Positions 1-10,870 of a stretch of 57,464 bases of DNA are shown piece by piece; the stretch's first letter is position 1; each line of letters opens with the position of its first letter. A program made the translations under genes and the position numbers. The stretch spans positions 1-57,464 of the forward strand of contig JAZNZZ010000120.1 in NCBI GenBank assembly GCA_045595205.1, given 5' to 3'. The stretch is from Faecousia sp. (lineage in GTDB: Bacteria; Bacillota; Clostridia; Oscillospirales; Oscillospiraceae). The notes under the pieces are model-generated. The model was not told the origin of the DNA and searched no databases. It saw nothing but the letters and a program-made list of their open reading frames with translations.

Positions 1-2902
1 AGCCGAATTCAGCAAAGTCGCGAATGGCTGCCAGTCTTTTTTCTGCGATCTCTGAAAGAGATTTATCAGGACGGTAAGTGAAATAGGCATAAGCGTGACG
101 GGTGGATCTGCCCACGCGTCCTCTTAGCTGATGAAGCTGGCTGAGACCGAATCGGTCTGCATTCTCGATGATCAGAGTATTTGCATTGGGAATGTCAAGT
201 CCTGTTTCGATGATAGTTGTGCAAACAAGCACCTGAATATCTCCGTCAGCCATTGTGTGCATTACATCAGCCAAGGCTTCTTCGCCCATTTTTCCGTGTG
301 CCACAGCGACAGAAAGACCGGGAATCCGCTTCATTAAAGCAGATGCACATTGATCAATTGTCTCAACACGGTTGTGAAGATAGTAAACCTGGCCGCCGCG
401 CTCGATCTCGCGGCGAATGGCATCATCAATGATGGCGTTGTTATGCTCCAGCACAAAGGTTTGCACGGGGTAACGGTCGGCGGGAGGCTCTTCAATGGTG
501 GACATATCCCGTATGCCGGATAAAGCCATATTGAGCGTCCTGGGGATCGGTGTTGCAGACAGTGTCAACACATCCACACCTTTGGACAATTCCTTAAGCC
601 GTTCCTTATGGCTGACACCGAAGCGCTGCTCTTCATCCACGATCAAAAGACCCAGATCTTTAAACTTTACGGTTTTCTGAAGGAGCTTGTGCGTTCCGAT
701 GATGATGTCGACAAAACCGGTTTCCAGCTGATGAAGTGTCTTTTTCTGCTGGGTGGGTGTACGGAATCGGCTGAGCATATCAATGGTCACAGGAAATCCA
801 CGGAAACGGGACATTGCTGTTTGGAAATGCTGCTGTGCCAATACTGTTGTAGGCACAAGGATCGCTACCTGCTTGCCGTCCATAACAGCTTTCATTACAG
901 CCCGGAGTGCAACTTCTGTTTTACCGAAGCCAACATCACCGCAAAGAAGTCTGTCCATAGGAATAGGGGACTCCATATCCGTTTTGATTTCATTGATACA
1001 GCGGAGCTGATCATCGGTTTCCGGATATGGGAAATTATCTTCAAATTCCTTCTGCCAGGGAGAATCTGCGGCAAATGCAAAGCCTTCCTGCCGTTTTCTG
1101 GCGGCATAAAGCTGGATCAGCTGTGCGGCCATATCTTTTGCGGCTTTTCTGGCTCTTGTCTTTGTTTTCTGCCAGGTATCAGTGCCGATCTTGTTCAGAC
1201 GGACAGTTCCGTCCTCACCGCCGCCACCGATATACTTACTGACCAGATCCAGCTGTGTTGCCGGAACAAACAGACAGTCCGTACCCTGATAGGCGATTTT
1301 AACATAGTCTTTAACTGCACCGTCGACCCGGATCTGCTCCATTGCCACAAAGCGGCCGATGCCGTAGTTTTCGTGAACAACGAGATCACCGGGGGACAGG
1401 TCTGTAAAGGAATTAAGCTTTTGTCTGTTTGTTGCGCCTTTTTTGGGCTTCTTTTTTTGTTCCGTTTTTGAAATAAGCTGACCCTCGGTCAAAACAGCAA
1501 GCTTGGCGGTGGGATATTCCATACCAAAAGGAAGCGTTCCGTCGGACAGAAGGATCTGCCCTGGTTTCGGCATAGTAGTCAGAGGAATGCAAAGGAACGC
1601 GGAAAGTCCTTTTTCGTTAAGGATCTCCTGCATGATCTCTGCACGCCTTCTTGTACTGCACAATACCAAAGACGCAAATTCCATTTTTTGGTAGTGGGCA
1701 AGGTCGGCGGCTGCAGTATCAGTACTGCCGCCATATCCGGGCAGCTGCTTTACTGTGATGGGAAGCAGGTGGGAGGGTAAACAATCATCCGGGTAGGCAG
1801 CACCGGCAAAAGCATCGAAATATACGATGGTTTTATTCTGAATGGATGCGGTGAAATCCTCCCACTGATATGCATATTCGCACAACTCGCCTACAACAAG
1901 ACCACCTTGAAGGAGATTATCCAGCTGTAAGCCAAGCTCCTCTGTTCTGCTTCTGGCTGCTCTGTGGAGATTTCCCTGATCGCACAGTATTACCACTGCA
2001 TCATCCGGTATATAGTCAACGGCAGTTTGGAATTGTTTATAGATCAGTGCCATATACCGGTCAGAGGCAGCGTTGGGAATTTGATTTTCGTACTTTTCAA
2101 GATCTCTCTCAAGGGTAGAGATCAGCACCTCATTCGGTGCTTTCCTGCGCTTCTGCCGCTGAATAATACTTCTGATGTCATCGCAAAGACCTTCAATTCC
2201 GCCTTCATGAAGGTGGGGCTGGGTTTCGCTTACGGGTAGGATCAGAATACTGTCTATATTTTCTACACGGCGCTGAGTATCCTGATCAAAGAAACCCATT
2301 GTGTCGATCTCGTCACCAAAGAATTCGATTCTGACAGGTCTGTCCACTGCAGGGGAAAATATATCAAGGATGCCGCCGCGGTGTGCGAACTGACCCGGTC
2401 CTTCTACCATAGGACTGCGGCAGTAGCCGGCGCGGACCAGCTTTCCGGTGATCGTATTTATGTCATATTCTTTTCCGCTTTCCAGTGTAAAGGTGGCATG
2501 ATTCAGAACATCATACGGGATCGTCCGTTGGCTGGCGGCCTCCCAGGACATAATCTGCATTCTGGTTTTACCGCTGTGCAGGGACAGTAATTGACAAAGT
2601 CGTTTTTGTTCCCAGTCTCTGGAGGCAACGGCTGTGTCATAAAGCGTAAATTCCCGGGAGGGGAGTACCGGTATATCTTCTCCCAGGAAGCAGCCCAGCT
2701 CTTCGTGAAGTCTTCTGCAGGTAAAGTCGTCCTGGCAGATCAGTACGATGGGACGGCTGGTATCCTTTCGAAGTGCGGCCACCATATGGCTGCGATTGAT
2801 CTGCCCGATACCGGTCAAAGCCGTATTCTCGTTGTTGTTGATACCTTTAAGAAGTAACTGATACTCCGGTATCGTTTGCAGAAACGATAATAATTTTTCC
2901 AT
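1..2902 (-). CDS. mfd: Transcription-repair coupling factor Mfd (3' end runs off the window)
   Basis: Not in the ORF track; read manually. ATG at 2902 with GAGGT RBS (MEKLLSFLQTIPEY...). The same frame reaches position 2 as ...SEIAEKRLAAIRDFAEFG. Helicase motifs DEEQRFGV, TLSATPIPRT and QLRGRVGR are readable on the minus strand. The pth-mfd order is typical. Confidence 0.95.
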   Translation of the reverse strand, partial: MEKLLSFLQTIPEYQLLLKGINNNENTALTGIGQINRSHMVAALRKDTSRPIVLICQDDFTCRRLHEELGCFLGEDIPVLPSREFTLYDTAVASRDWEQKRLCQLLSLHSGKTRMQIMSWEAASQRTIPYDVLNHATFTLESGKEYDINTITGKLVRAGYCRSPMVEGPGQFAHRGGILDIFSPAVDRPVRIEFFGDEIDTMGFFDQDTQRRVENIDSILILPVSETQPHLHEGGIEGLCDDIRSIIQRQKRRKAPNEVLISTLERDLEKYENQIPNAASDRYMALIYKQFQTAVDYIPDDAVVILCDQGNLHRAARSRTEELGLQLDNLLQGGLVVGELCEYAYQWEDFTASIQNKTIVYFDAFAGAAYPDDCLPSHLLPITVKQLPGYGGSTDTAAADLAHYQKMEFASLVLCSTRRRAEIMQEILNEKGLSAFLCIPLTTMPKPGQILLSDGTLPFGMEYPTAKLAVLTEGQLISKTEQKKKPKKGATNRQKLNSFTDLSPGDLVVHENYGIGRFVAMEQIRVDGAVKDYVKIAYQGTDCLFVPATQLDLVSKYIGGGGEDGTVRLNKIGTDTWQKTKTRARKAAKDMAAQLIQLYAARKRQEGFAFAADSPWQKEFEDNFPYPETDDQLRCINEIKTDMESPIPMDRLLCGDVGFGKTEVALRAVMKAVMDGKQVAILVPTTVLAQQHFQTAMSRFRGFPVTIDMLSRFRTPTQQKKTLHQLETGFVDIIIGTHKLLQKTVKFKDLGLLIVDEEQRFGVSHKERLKELSKGVDVLTLSATPIPRTLNMALSGIRDMSTIEEPPADRYPVQTFVLEHNNAIIDDAIRREIERGGQVYYLHNRVETIDQCASALMKRIPGLSVAVAHGKMGEEALADVMHTMADGDIQVLVCTTIIETGLDIPNANTLIIENADRFGLSQLHQLRGRVGRSTRHAYAYFTYRPDKSLSEIAEKRLAAIRDFAEFG

Positions 2903-2983
2903 TGATTACCTCATTTTCCTCCACGCAAGAACGAGGAAAGGGGAAAATAGATCCCCTTTCCGTGATTTCTTTTTCGGTGGCGC

Positions 2984-3574
2984 TCAGCAGCTTCCGTTAT
3001 AGCGGTTTGCTGTTTCGGGAACGCCTTTTTCAATTATATAAAGCGCTGCATCAGCGGCGTTTTCCAAGGCTTTTGTGAGTGATTTCTCCTCAGCAGCCGA
3101 GAAAGAAGACAGAACCCAATCAGCAAGATCTCTGTCAGGCTCAGGTTTAGCTCCCACCCCGATTTTTACTCTGGGAAAATCCTGACTGCCCAGCTCACTG
3201 ATTATGGATTTTATGCCATTGTGACCGCCTGCAGATCCATCTGCACGGACACGCAGTCTTCCGGGAGGAAGAGAGATGTCATCAAACAGAACGATGATCC
3301 TTTGGGGCGGAATGTTGTAATAGGCGGACAACTGCAGGACAGAACGGCCCGACAGGTTCATAAATGTCTGCGGCTTCAGGAGAAAGATCTTAATGCCGTC
3401 TACTGTTGTCTGTCCGTAAAGACCCTGGAATTTTGCTTTGTCGATCTTGCAGCTGAGCTTTTGGGAGAGAATGTCTATTGCACGAAAACCGCAGTTGTGT
3501 CTGGTTTTCGCGTATTGGCTACCGGGGTTTCCCAAACCTACGATGAGCCAGCTGTCCGTTTTTCTGCCAAACAC
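2984..3574 (-). CDS. pth: Peptidyl-tRNA hydrolase
   Basis: LIVGLGNPG, TRHNCGF, KPQTFMNLSG, GSAGGHNGIKS motifs. Confidence 0.97.
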   Translation of the reverse strand: MFGRKTDSWLIVGLGNPGSQYAKTRHNCGFRAIDILSQKLSCKIDKAKFQGLYGQTTVDGIKIFLLKPQTFMNLSGRSVLQLSAYYNIPPQRIIVLFDDISLPPGRLRVRADGSAGGHNGIKSIISELGSQDFPRVKIGVGAKPEPDRDLADWVLSSFSAAEEKSLTKALENAADAALYIIEKGVPETANRYNGSC

Positions 3575-3577
3575 AGC

Positions 3578-4543
3578 TTAGAACAGATCGGCGATAGAGG
3601 TGCCACCGTGAATATGTGCAATTGCACGGGCGAAGATCGGAGCAACATCCAGCTGCTTGATCTTCTTGCAGGGGCAGTCGGAAGCCAGAGGAATGGTGTT
3701 ATGGACAACAAGCTCCTTAATTGCGCTGGCTTCGATCCGTTCAAATGCAGGGCCGGACAGAACACCGTGTGTGGAGCAGGCATAAACTTCCTTTGCACCA
3801 CCGACTTCCACAAGAGCGTTTGCAGCGTTGCAAAGAGAGCCTGCGGTATCGACCATATCATCAAAGAGGATACAGGTCTTACCTGCAACATCGCCGATGA
3901 CATTCATAACCTCGCAGACATTGGCCTTCTGACGGCGCTTGTCAACGATGGCAAGGCCCATATGAACCTTTGCTGCAAAAGCACGGGCACGGGCAACGGA
4001 GCCAACATCGGGGGAAACGACCACAAAATCATCGTGGTTGTACTTGTCCTCGGGGAATTTGTTGAGGTAATACTGAACAAATGTGGGGTTGCCCAGCAGA
4101 TGATCCACAGGGATATCGAAGAAGCCCTGGATCTGGGAAGCGTGGAGATCCATCGTCAGCACACGGTCAGCACCGGCAGCAGTCAGCATATTGGCAACAA
4201 GCTTTGCGGAGATGGGATCACGGCTCTTGGCCTTTCGATCCTGACGGGCGTAACCAAAATAGGGAATGACAGCAGTAATTCTGCCGGCAGAAGCACGGCG
4301 GCAAGCATCGATCATAACCAGGAGCTCCATAAGGTGATCGTTAACAGGCTTGCAGGTGGATTGGATCAAAAATACATCAGCACCGCGAACTGTTTCGTAC
4401 AGGGAAACGGAAACCTCGCCGTCAGCGAAAGTCTTTACTTCGCCCTGACCGAGGGGGATGCCCAACTCTTTACAGACAGTTTCTGCAAATGCGGGATTGG
4501 AGTTGCCACTGAAAATCTTGATGTTCTCACCGTATGCAATCAT
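3578..4543 (-). CDS. prs: Ribose-phosphate pyrophosphokinase
   Basis: FADGE, PYFGYARQDRK, DLHASQIQGFF, VVSPDVG, DDMVDTAGS motifs. Confidence 0.98.
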   Translation of the reverse strand: MIAYGENIKIFSGNSNPAFAETVCKELGIPLGQGEVKTFADGEVSVSLYETVRGADVFLIQSTCKPVNDHLMELLVMIDACRRASAGRITAVIPYFGYARQDRKAKSRDPISAKLVANMLTAAGADRVLTMDLHASQIQGFFDIPVDHLLGNPTFVQYYLNKFPEDKYNHDDFVVVSPDVGSVARARAFAAKVHMGLAIVDKRRQKANVCEVMNVIGDVAGKTCILFDDMVDTAGSLCNAANALVEVGGAKEVYACSTHGVLSGPAFERIEASAIKELVVHNTIPLASDCPCKKIKQLDVAPIFARAIAHIHGGTSIADLF

Positions 4544-4839
4544 CTGAATAATACCTCGCTTTTATCTTCTTTTTCTGCTCATAGATGTATATGAGCCTCT
4601 CTGAGAGCATTATACCACTAATTGGTATAGAATTGCAACAATGAATCCGTAAAAAATACAAACAAAAAAACAGATTGTTTCTGCTATGGTTGTAACAAAA
4701 TGACAATATGCTTGTTTTAAAACGCACGGAACGAAATTTTGTTTGAAATAATACTTGTATATAATGTGCAAATGTGCTACAATATACTGTAACACATAAG
4801 TAAAAGCATAGCCGAATTTACAGAAAACAGGTGCATCCT

Positions 4840-7662
4840 ATGAATGATAAAATTTGCATTAAAGGCGCGCGGCAGAACAACCTTAAAAATGTTGATATAA
4901 CGATACCCAGGGACAAGCTGATCGTATTCACAGGCTTGTCTGGCTCCGGAAAATCCAGTCTCGCTTTTGATACCATTTATGCGGAGGGTCAGCGTAGATA
5001 TGTAGAAAGCCTGAGTGCTTATGCCCGACAGTTTCTTGGACAGATGGACAAGCCGGATGTGGATTCGATCGACGGCTTGTCTCCCGCGATTTCCATTGAT
5101 CAGAAAACGACATCAAAGAATCCCAGATCTACAGTTGGCACCGTGACGGAGATATATGATTATTTGCGTCTTTTATGGGCCCGTGTCGGTATTCCGCACT
5201 GTCCTGTATGCGGAAAAGAGATCAAAAAACAGACGGTAGACCAGATCGTTGACCGCATTGAGGCTATGGAGGAGGGGACGAAGTTTATCGTTCTCGCTCC
5301 CGTGGTTCGCGGTAAAAAAGGTGAACATCAAAAGGTATTTGAGGATGCACGGAAATCCGGCTTTGCCCGTGTGCGGGTTGACGGCATCACATATGATCTG
5401 GGGGAGGAAATTCCCTGCGAGAAGAATAAAAAGCACACCGTCGAACTGGTGATCGACCGATTGGTGATCCGTGAGGGGCAGCGGCGCCGTTTGACGGATT
5501 CAGTGGAGACAGCCTGCAGTCATTCCGGTGGCCTTGTCACGATTTTATTGCCCGGTTCTGATGAGGAGATCAGCTTTTCCCAGAATTATGCCTGTGAGGA
5601 CTGTGGAATCAGTTTGTCTGAGCTTGAACCCAGAATGTTCTCGTTCAATAATCCTGCAGGTGCCTGCCCGGACTGTACCGGTCTTGGTTTTCAGTTGATC
5701 GCAGATCCTGATCTTGTTATTCCGGATAAGGATAAATCTATTTTTGACGGCGCGATCCAGGCCTCCGGCTGGAGCAGCGCAAGAACGGATTCTATCTTCA
5801 GAATGTATTTTGAGGCATTGTCCCAGAAATATCATTTCTCACTGACAGCACCCTTTAAGGAGCTTTCCCCGGAAGCTGTGGATGTGATCCTTTACGGCAC
5901 AAAGGGCGAGAAGCTCCGTATGACCTACAACCGCGGTAATGGAATGGGTGTTTTGGAGCAACCGTTTGAGGGTATTCTCAATAATATCAGCCGTCGATTC
6001 CGTGAGACACAGTCCGATGCTGCAAGGAAAGAACTGGAAGAATGTATGGCTACTGCACCGTGCACCCGCTGCAACGGTGACAGACTTTCTCCGATTGCCC
6101 GTGCTGTGACGGTTGGGGGCATCGGAATTATGGACTTTTGCCGGATGAGCATCCGACAGGAACTTGCGTTTATGGAGGATCTGCATCTTGAAGGCAATCT
6201 TGCTGTGGTCGCGGATCAAATCGTTCGCGAGATCAAAGAACGGCTTCGCTTTTTGATGGATGTCGGTCTTCAGTATCTGACACTTTCCAGAGGTGCTTCA
6301 ACACTGTCCGGCGGAGAAAGCCAGCGGATCCGTCTTGCAACTCAGATCGGTTCTTCTCTGATGGGCGTACTTTATATTTTGGACGAGCCCTCTATTGGTC
6401 TGCACCAAAGGGACAACGATAAGCTTCTTGCAACACTAAAAAGACTGCGGGATCTGGGAAATACTCTTATCGTGGTGGAGCACGATGACGATACGATGCG
6501 CGCTGCCGATTATATCGTGGATGTTGGACCCGGTGCCGGCTGCCACGGTGGAGAGATCGTTGCTTGCGGTTCCATAGAGGATATTATGAATGAGCCCCGC
6601 TCGGTAACAGGCCAATATCTGTCAGGTGTCAAAAAGATTCCTGTGCCCTCCGGAAGAAGATCCGGAAACGGACAGAACCTGACGATCTGCGGTGCTACGG
6701 AAAATAATTTGAAAAATGTTGATGTTTCTGTTCCTTTGGGGACATTAACCTGCGTTACCGGCGTTTCCGGTTCCGGAAAGTCCAGTCTTGTTGGTGAAGT
6801 CCTTAACAAAACACTTCTCAGCAAGTTAAATCACGCACGGACCCGTCCCGGAACCTGCCGATGCATCAAGGGTATCGAGAATCTGGATAAGGTGATCGAT
6901 ATTGATCAAAGTCCCATTGGTCGTACACCGCGCTCCAATCCGGCAACCTACACCGGTCTTTTTAATGATATTCGCGATTTGTTTGCATCCACATCGGACG
7001 CTAAAATCCGCGGTTATGGGCCCGGGCGCTTTTCGTTCAATGTGAAAGGCGGTCGATGTGAGGCGTGTAACGGTGATGGTCTTGTGAAGATCGAAATGCA
7101 TTTCCTTGCAGATGTGTATGTCCCCTGTGAGGTTTGTCGTGGAAGCCGCTATAACCGTGAGACACTGGAAGTCAAATACAAAGGGAAAAGCATTGCTCAG
7201 GTTTTGGATATGACGGCTGAAGAAGCACTGGATTTCTTTGAGAATCTTCCTAAGATCCGCAGAAAGATACAGACCCTCGTTGAGGTCGGTCTCGGTTATG
7301 TGAAGCTGGGACAGTCCAGCACTACGCTTTCCGGCGGTGAGGCACAGCGTGTCAAGCTTGCAACCGAGCTTGCCAGAGTCTCTACCGGCAGAACGATTTA
7401 TGTTCTGGATGAACCGACCACCGGTCTTCACGCTGCAGATGTGCACAAACTGATCGATGTTTTACAGAAGCTGGTGGATGCCGGAAACACGGTCCTTGTC
7501 ATCGAGCATAATCTGGATGTGATCAAGACCGCAGACTATATTATCGATCTGGGCCCCGAGGGAGGTGACGAGGGCGGCTATGTTGTTGCCTCCGGCACAC
7601 CTGAAGAGGTTGCCTCTGAAGAACGCAGCTATACTGGAAAGTATCTGAAAAAATACCTGTAA
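4840..7662 (+). CDS. uvrA: Excinuclease ABC subunit A
   Basis: Two ABC ATPase domains ([34 protein letters not shown]) plus Zn fingers. ATG 4840 chosen over GTG 4831. Confidence 0.98.
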   Translation: MNDKICIKGARQNNLKNVDITIPRDKLIVFTGLSGSGKSSLAFDTIYAEGQRRYVESLSAYARQFLGQMDKPDVDSIDGLSPAISIDQKTTSKNPRSTVGTVTEIYDYLRLLWARVGIPHCPVCGKEIKKQTVDQIVDRIEAMEEGTKFIVLAPVVRGKKGEHQKVFEDARKSGFARVRVDGITYDLGEEIPCEKNKKHTVELVIDRLVIREGQRRRLTDSVETACSHSGGLVTILLPGSDEEISFSQNYACEDCGISLSELEPRMFSFNNPAGACPDCTGLGFQLIADPDLVIPDKDKSIFDGAIQASGWSSARTDSIFRMYFEALSQKYHFSLTAPFKELSPEAVDVILYGTKGEKLRMTYNRGNGMGVLEQPFEGILNNISRRFRETQSDAARKELEECMATAPCTRCNGDRLSPIARAVTVGGIGIMDFCRMSIRQELAFMEDLHLEGNLAVVADQIVREIKERLRFLMDVGLQYLTLSRGASTLSGGESQRIRLATQIGSSLMGVLYILDEPSIGLHQRDNDKLLATLKRLRDLGNTLIVVEHDDDTMRAADYIVDVGPGAGCHGGEIVACGSIEDIMNEPRSVTGQYLSGVKKIPVPSGRRSGNGQNLTICGATENNLKNVDVSVPLGTLTCVTGVSGSGKSSLVGEVLNKTLLSKLNHARTRPGTCRCIKGIENLDKVIDIDQSPIGRTPRSNPATYTGLFNDIRDLFASTSDAKIRGYGPGRFSFNVKGGRCEACNGDGLVKIEMHFLADVYVPCEVCRGSRYNRETLEVKYKGKSIAQVLDMTAEEALDFFENLPKIRRKIQTLVEVGLGYVKLGQSSTTLSGGEAQRVKLATELARVSTGRTIYVLDEPTTGLHAADVHKLIDVLQKLVDAGNTVLVIEHNLDVIKTADYIIDLGPEGGDEGGYVVASGTPEEVASEERSYTGKYLKKYL

Positions 7663-7670
7663 TTATCAAT

Positions 7671-7702
7671 AAAACGCTCCCTGCGGGAGCAGGGAGCGTT
7701 TT
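7671..7702. terminator. Bidirectional intrinsic terminator between uvrA and the convergent gene
   Basis: AAAACGCTCCCTGC-GGGA-GCAGGGAGCGTTTT perfect inverted repeat with A/T tails. Confidence 0.85.
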
Positions 7703-7704
7703 CA

Positions 7705-8763
7705 TCAATATACATCGTCGGGAAGAATCTCGGAGAGCTCGATCAGGTATTTGTTGTAGCCACCGCCATAGTCCTTGGGTGCAAGGAATTCTGTTTTCAG
7801 CTTTGGATTCTTATCCTGCAGAATTGGCAGTGACATAGTAAAGCGCATCGTTGAGCTATCCGGTTTTGTGAAAATAAGAACGCCCTTGTGCGCTGTTGCA
7901 GCATTTCTGGCAATAACAGCACCCATAGATATATCGCCTGCAAATGCTGCATTAACAGGCTTTCGATGGTAAACATTGAGAACCTCGTTGATTGTTTCAT
8001 TTTCGCGGTAGGGCCATTGGCAGGTGACGGAAAAACGGTAGTAATTCTGTTCCCGCTCCAGTGCTGCATAGATCACTTTATTGCGGCCTGTTATCCGGAT
8101 CGCATTTGTGATCATATTCAGAATTGCCCGTTCCAGCTTGTCTTTGTCTATAAGGCTGAAAATGTTTTCGGAACAGGCTGTGAACTCCAATTGCGTTTCT
8201 GCTTGTTTGAGATACTCTGCAGCTTGTTCAATGATCTTGCTTATTTCGTCTTTGACATTGCAGGTCTGAACCAGTGTTGACCTTTCTTTTGCGTAGCTGC
8301 AGGCATCGTTCATATTGACTGCAGTTCGGTACATACGGTGCAGATTGCGATACAATGCGTTCAACTCAGGGGCATCGTCCTGTGCCTGTTTGCTCCGGTA
8401 AAGCTCCAGACTTGACATTGCCTCCATCAGCGGTTCCATAAATTTATTGGATGCAGTACTTACTGCCAGCATTGTGGGATCTTCGATCTCGGATTCGATA
8501 TAGAAGATCTCCCGTCTTCGGGCAATGCGTACCATAGAAGCACAGTATATACAACAGCCGATCTTTAATGTCAGAAAAAGACGGCCGTTTTTGAATGCTT
8601 TATGATCATCAATGCCGGTATGAATGATGCTGTTAACATCTGTATTCAGCGGGATACCGTAGCTTTCTGCAGGTTTATTGACGGCGGTTATTGTTTTGCC
8701 GCACACAAGAAAAGCAGGATAGCCAATGTCTTCCAGTACCTCAGGACCGATCGTTTCTGTCAT
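7705..8763 (-). CDS. Degenerate sensor histidine kinase-like protein (PAS-like N-terminus, HATPase-like C-terminus, no H-box His)
   Basis: N-box DKDKLERAILNMITNAIR and G2-like SMGAVIARNAATAHKG are present. The H-box position reads ASNKFMEPL. Start moved to ATG 8763 behind an AAGGAG RBS. Confidence 0.6.
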   Translation of the reverse strand: MTETIGPEVLEDIGYPAFLVCGKTITAVNKPAESYGIPLNTDVNSIIHTGIDDHKAFKNGRLFLTLKIGCCIYCASMVRIARRREIFYIESEIEDPTMLAVSTASNKFMEPLMEAMSSLELYRSKQAQDDAPELNALYRNLHRMYRTAVNMNDACSYAKERSTLVQTCNVKDEISKIIEQAAEYLKQAETQLEFTACSENIFSLIDKDKLERAILNMITNAIRITGRNKVIYAALEREQNYYRFSVTCQWPYRENETINEVLNVYHRKPVNAAFAGDISMGAVIARNAATAHKGVLIFTKPDSSTMRFTMSLPILQDKNPKLKTEFLAPKDYGGGYNKYLIELSEILPDDVY

Positions 8764-8852
8764 TGTATAGACATCTCCTTTGGTTTGTTTCTTTGATCTT
8801 ATATTACATAACAACAATTCAAAAATCAAGATAGTATTTTCGGGGTGATGAT

Positions 8853-9551
8853 ATGTCGATTCACGAAGGGCACAGGACGCGTATGAAAGAAAGATTCTTA
8901 AAGACGGGACTTGAAAAGTTTGAAGAACACGAGGTTATGGAGCTTTTGCTGTACTACTGCGTCCCCCGGCAAGATGTAAATGAGTTATCCCATCGTCTTG
9001 TTGATCGTTTTGGCTCTGTTCTCCAGGTGGTCCAGGCGCCGGAAAGAGAACTTATGAAGGTCGAGGGGGTAGGCAAGGGGATAACAACCTTCCTTCAGCT
9101 TTTAAATGAAACAAACCGGTATCTGAATATTAGTGAAGGTAAATACGGAAAGCAGATGTGCTCGGTCAGTGATTACGGAAAATACCTTGTTAACTTCTTT
9201 GTTGGGATTCCCAATGAGGTCGTGTATTTACTCTGTATGGACGCTAAGGCACAGGTGATCTGCTGTCAGATCGTTGCGGAAGGCAGTGTAACTTCAGCGA
9301 ATATTTCCATTCGTAAACTGCTGGATCTGGCAATTGGCAGTAACGCCTCGTCTGTTGTACTTGCTCACAACCACCCCGGTGGATTTGCAGTTCCGTCCGG
9401 TGAGGATAAGATCACAACAATGCGGGTCGCCAAAGCACTGTATTTGGCAGATGTTGAACTGGTCGATCATGTTATAGTGGCTGGGAAAGACTACATCTCT
9501 ATGCGTGCTTCGGGATTGTATAACCCTTATGAGATTTGTATTGATGATTGA
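8853..9551 (+). CDS. radC: RadC family JAB-domain protein
   Basis: HEGHRTRMKERF N-terminus, HhH motif VEGVGKG, JAB motif E...HNHPGG..PSGED...DHVIV. Confidence 0.92.
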   Translation: MSIHEGHRTRMKERFLKTGLEKFEEHEVMELLLYYCVPRQDVNELSHRLVDRFGSVLQVVQAPERELMKVEGVGKGITTFLQLLNETNRYLNISEGKYGKQMCSVSDYGKYLVNFFVGIPNEVVYLLCMDAKAQVICCQIVAEGSVTSANISIRKLLDLAIGSNASSVVLAHNHPGGFAVPSGEDKITTMRVAKALYLADVELVDHVIVAGKDYISMRASGLYNPYEICIDD

Positions 9552-9560
9552 GGCTATGCT

Positions 9561-9971
9561 ATGAAACTGATCGCTTGTATAGATGACCTGAACGGTATGT
9601 GCTTTAACGGAAGACGGCAAAGCAGGGACCGGGCAGTTGTGTCGTATATTTCCAAAATCGTGGGTAACCGTCCACTGTGGACTGCACCCTCGTCTGTCAG
9701 TCTTTTTGATAACAGAGATCTTACAATAAAAGCGGCAGACGATTTCTTAGAAAAGGCCGGTACGGACGATTTTTGCTTTGCGGAAACCAATGATGTGACA
9801 CAGTACATCAACGCCTGCAGGATGGTATATTTATTTCGTTGGAACCGTGAGTATCCGGCTGATCTGTATTTTCCGGCAGAGTGCCTGCAAGAGGAATTTC
9901 AGCAGCTGGAGTGCGTGGAATTCCAAGGCTTTTCACACCCACAACTAACACTGGAGGTCTATGCCCGTTGA
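9561..9971 (+). CDS. Small DHFR-fold-like conserved protein of unknown function
   Basis: MKLIACIDDLNGM..N start, VYLFRWNREYPADLYFP and LTLEVYAR end resemble DHFR strands. GAGG RBS. Confidence 0.55.
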   Translation: MKLIACIDDLNGMCFNGRRQSRDRAVVSYISKIVGNRPLWTAPSSVSLFDNRDLTIKAADDFLEKAGTDDFCFAETNDVTQYINACRMVYLFRWNREYPADLYFPAECLQEEFQQLECVEFQGFSHPQLTLEVYAR

Positions 9972-10849
9972 AAACAAAAAAGGAAAAACTTATATCCCTG
10001 ATCATTTCAGTGATTGCTGTGGCAGTTGTCGCTCTCTTCTTGTATTTTAAGCAACAATCGCTGCCGGATTATGTGAAGAACCCTCCGGCTGACAACAAGG
10101 CATATGTTGTTGTGAATGACAATGTGCCAAATTTGTCCGTAAATGGGTCACCTCAGTCCTTCGAGACTTACGCTGAGCTGGATCAGCTTGGACGATGCGG
10201 CATGGCTTATGCCTGCATAGGGATCGATCTTATGCCCACACAGGATCGGGAAAGTATATCAGAAGTCAAACCCTCCGGCTGGAATCAGAAGCAGTACGAT
10301 TTTGTGGACGGAAAAAGCCTGTATAACCGATGCCATTTGATCGGTTTTCAGCTCACCGGTGAAAATGCGAATGAACGCAATCTTATTACAGGTACCCGTT
10401 ATTTGAATACAAAAGGAATGCTGCCCTTTGAAAATATGATCGCAGACTATGTAAAGGAAACTGAGAATCATGTTTTGTACCGGGTAACACCGGTGTTTGT
10501 TGGTAGTGAGCTTGTGGCAAGAGGTGTACAAATGGAAGCACTTTCCGTTGAAGACGGCGGAGAGGGTATTTCTTTTAATATTTTTGCTTATAATATTCAA
10601 CCCGGTGTCGTCATCAACTATGCAGACGGCAGTAATTATTCCCGGACTGACTCCGAAGATGCTTTGACTGTGCCCGGTGACAGCGTGTCAGATGTTGATT
10701 ATATTATCAATATAAAGGGAAAGAAATTTCACCTGGGCTCCTGTAAGCAGGCACAGGACATTCGCCAGGACAATCGAAAACTGTTTTCAGGCAGCAGGGA
10801 AGAACTGCTGGAGCAGGGGTATACGCCTGCTGGCTGCTGCAAGCCGTAA
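9968..10849 (+). CDS. Membrane-anchored DNA/RNA non-specific endonuclease (DNA-entry nuclease type) with a C-terminal Cys/His metal-binding-like domain
   Basis: N-terminal TM helix; LDQLGRCG, KPSGW, YNRCHLIG, NLITGTRYLN, YRVTPVF motifs; C-terminal KKFHLGSC...GYTPAGCCKP. TTG start overlaps the upstream TGA. Confidence 0.88.
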   Translation: MKTKKEKLISLIISVIAVAVVALFLYFKQQSLPDYVKNPPADNKAYVVVNDNVPNLSVNGSPQSFETYAELDQLGRCGMAYACIGIDLMPTQDRESISEVKPSGWNQKQYDFVDGKSLYNRCHLIGFQLTGENANERNLITGTRYLNTKGMLPFENMIADYVKETENHVLYRVTPVFVGSELVARGVQMEALSVEDGGEGISFNIFAYNIQPGVVINYADGSNYSRTDSEDALTVPGDSVSDVDYIINIKGKKFHLGSCKQAQDIRQDNRKLFSGSREELLEQGYTPAGCCKP

Positions 10850-10870
10850 AAACGAATACGAGGTGGTTAT

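Noticed and set aside
608-1471. 287-aa plus-strand ORF and other short plus-strand ORFs in 1-2900
   Set aside because: They are antisense shadows of mfd, which occupies the minus strand and has clear motifs.
3221-4594. 457-aa plus-strand ORF antisense to pth/prs
   Set aside because: No motifs or RBS. Long antisense frames are expected from the codon bias of highly expressed genes.
4544-4839. Possible LexA/SOS box or ncRNA in the prs-uvrA spacer
   Set aside because: Only partial matches such as GAACGAAATTTT were found. There is no convincing GAAC-N4-GTTC and no stable structure; it is an AT-rich divergent promoter region.
8853-9551. radC as a marker of a mobile element
   Set aside because: This is the full-length chromosomal type with an HhH N-terminus; no integrase, relaxase, transposase or att-like repeats were seen.
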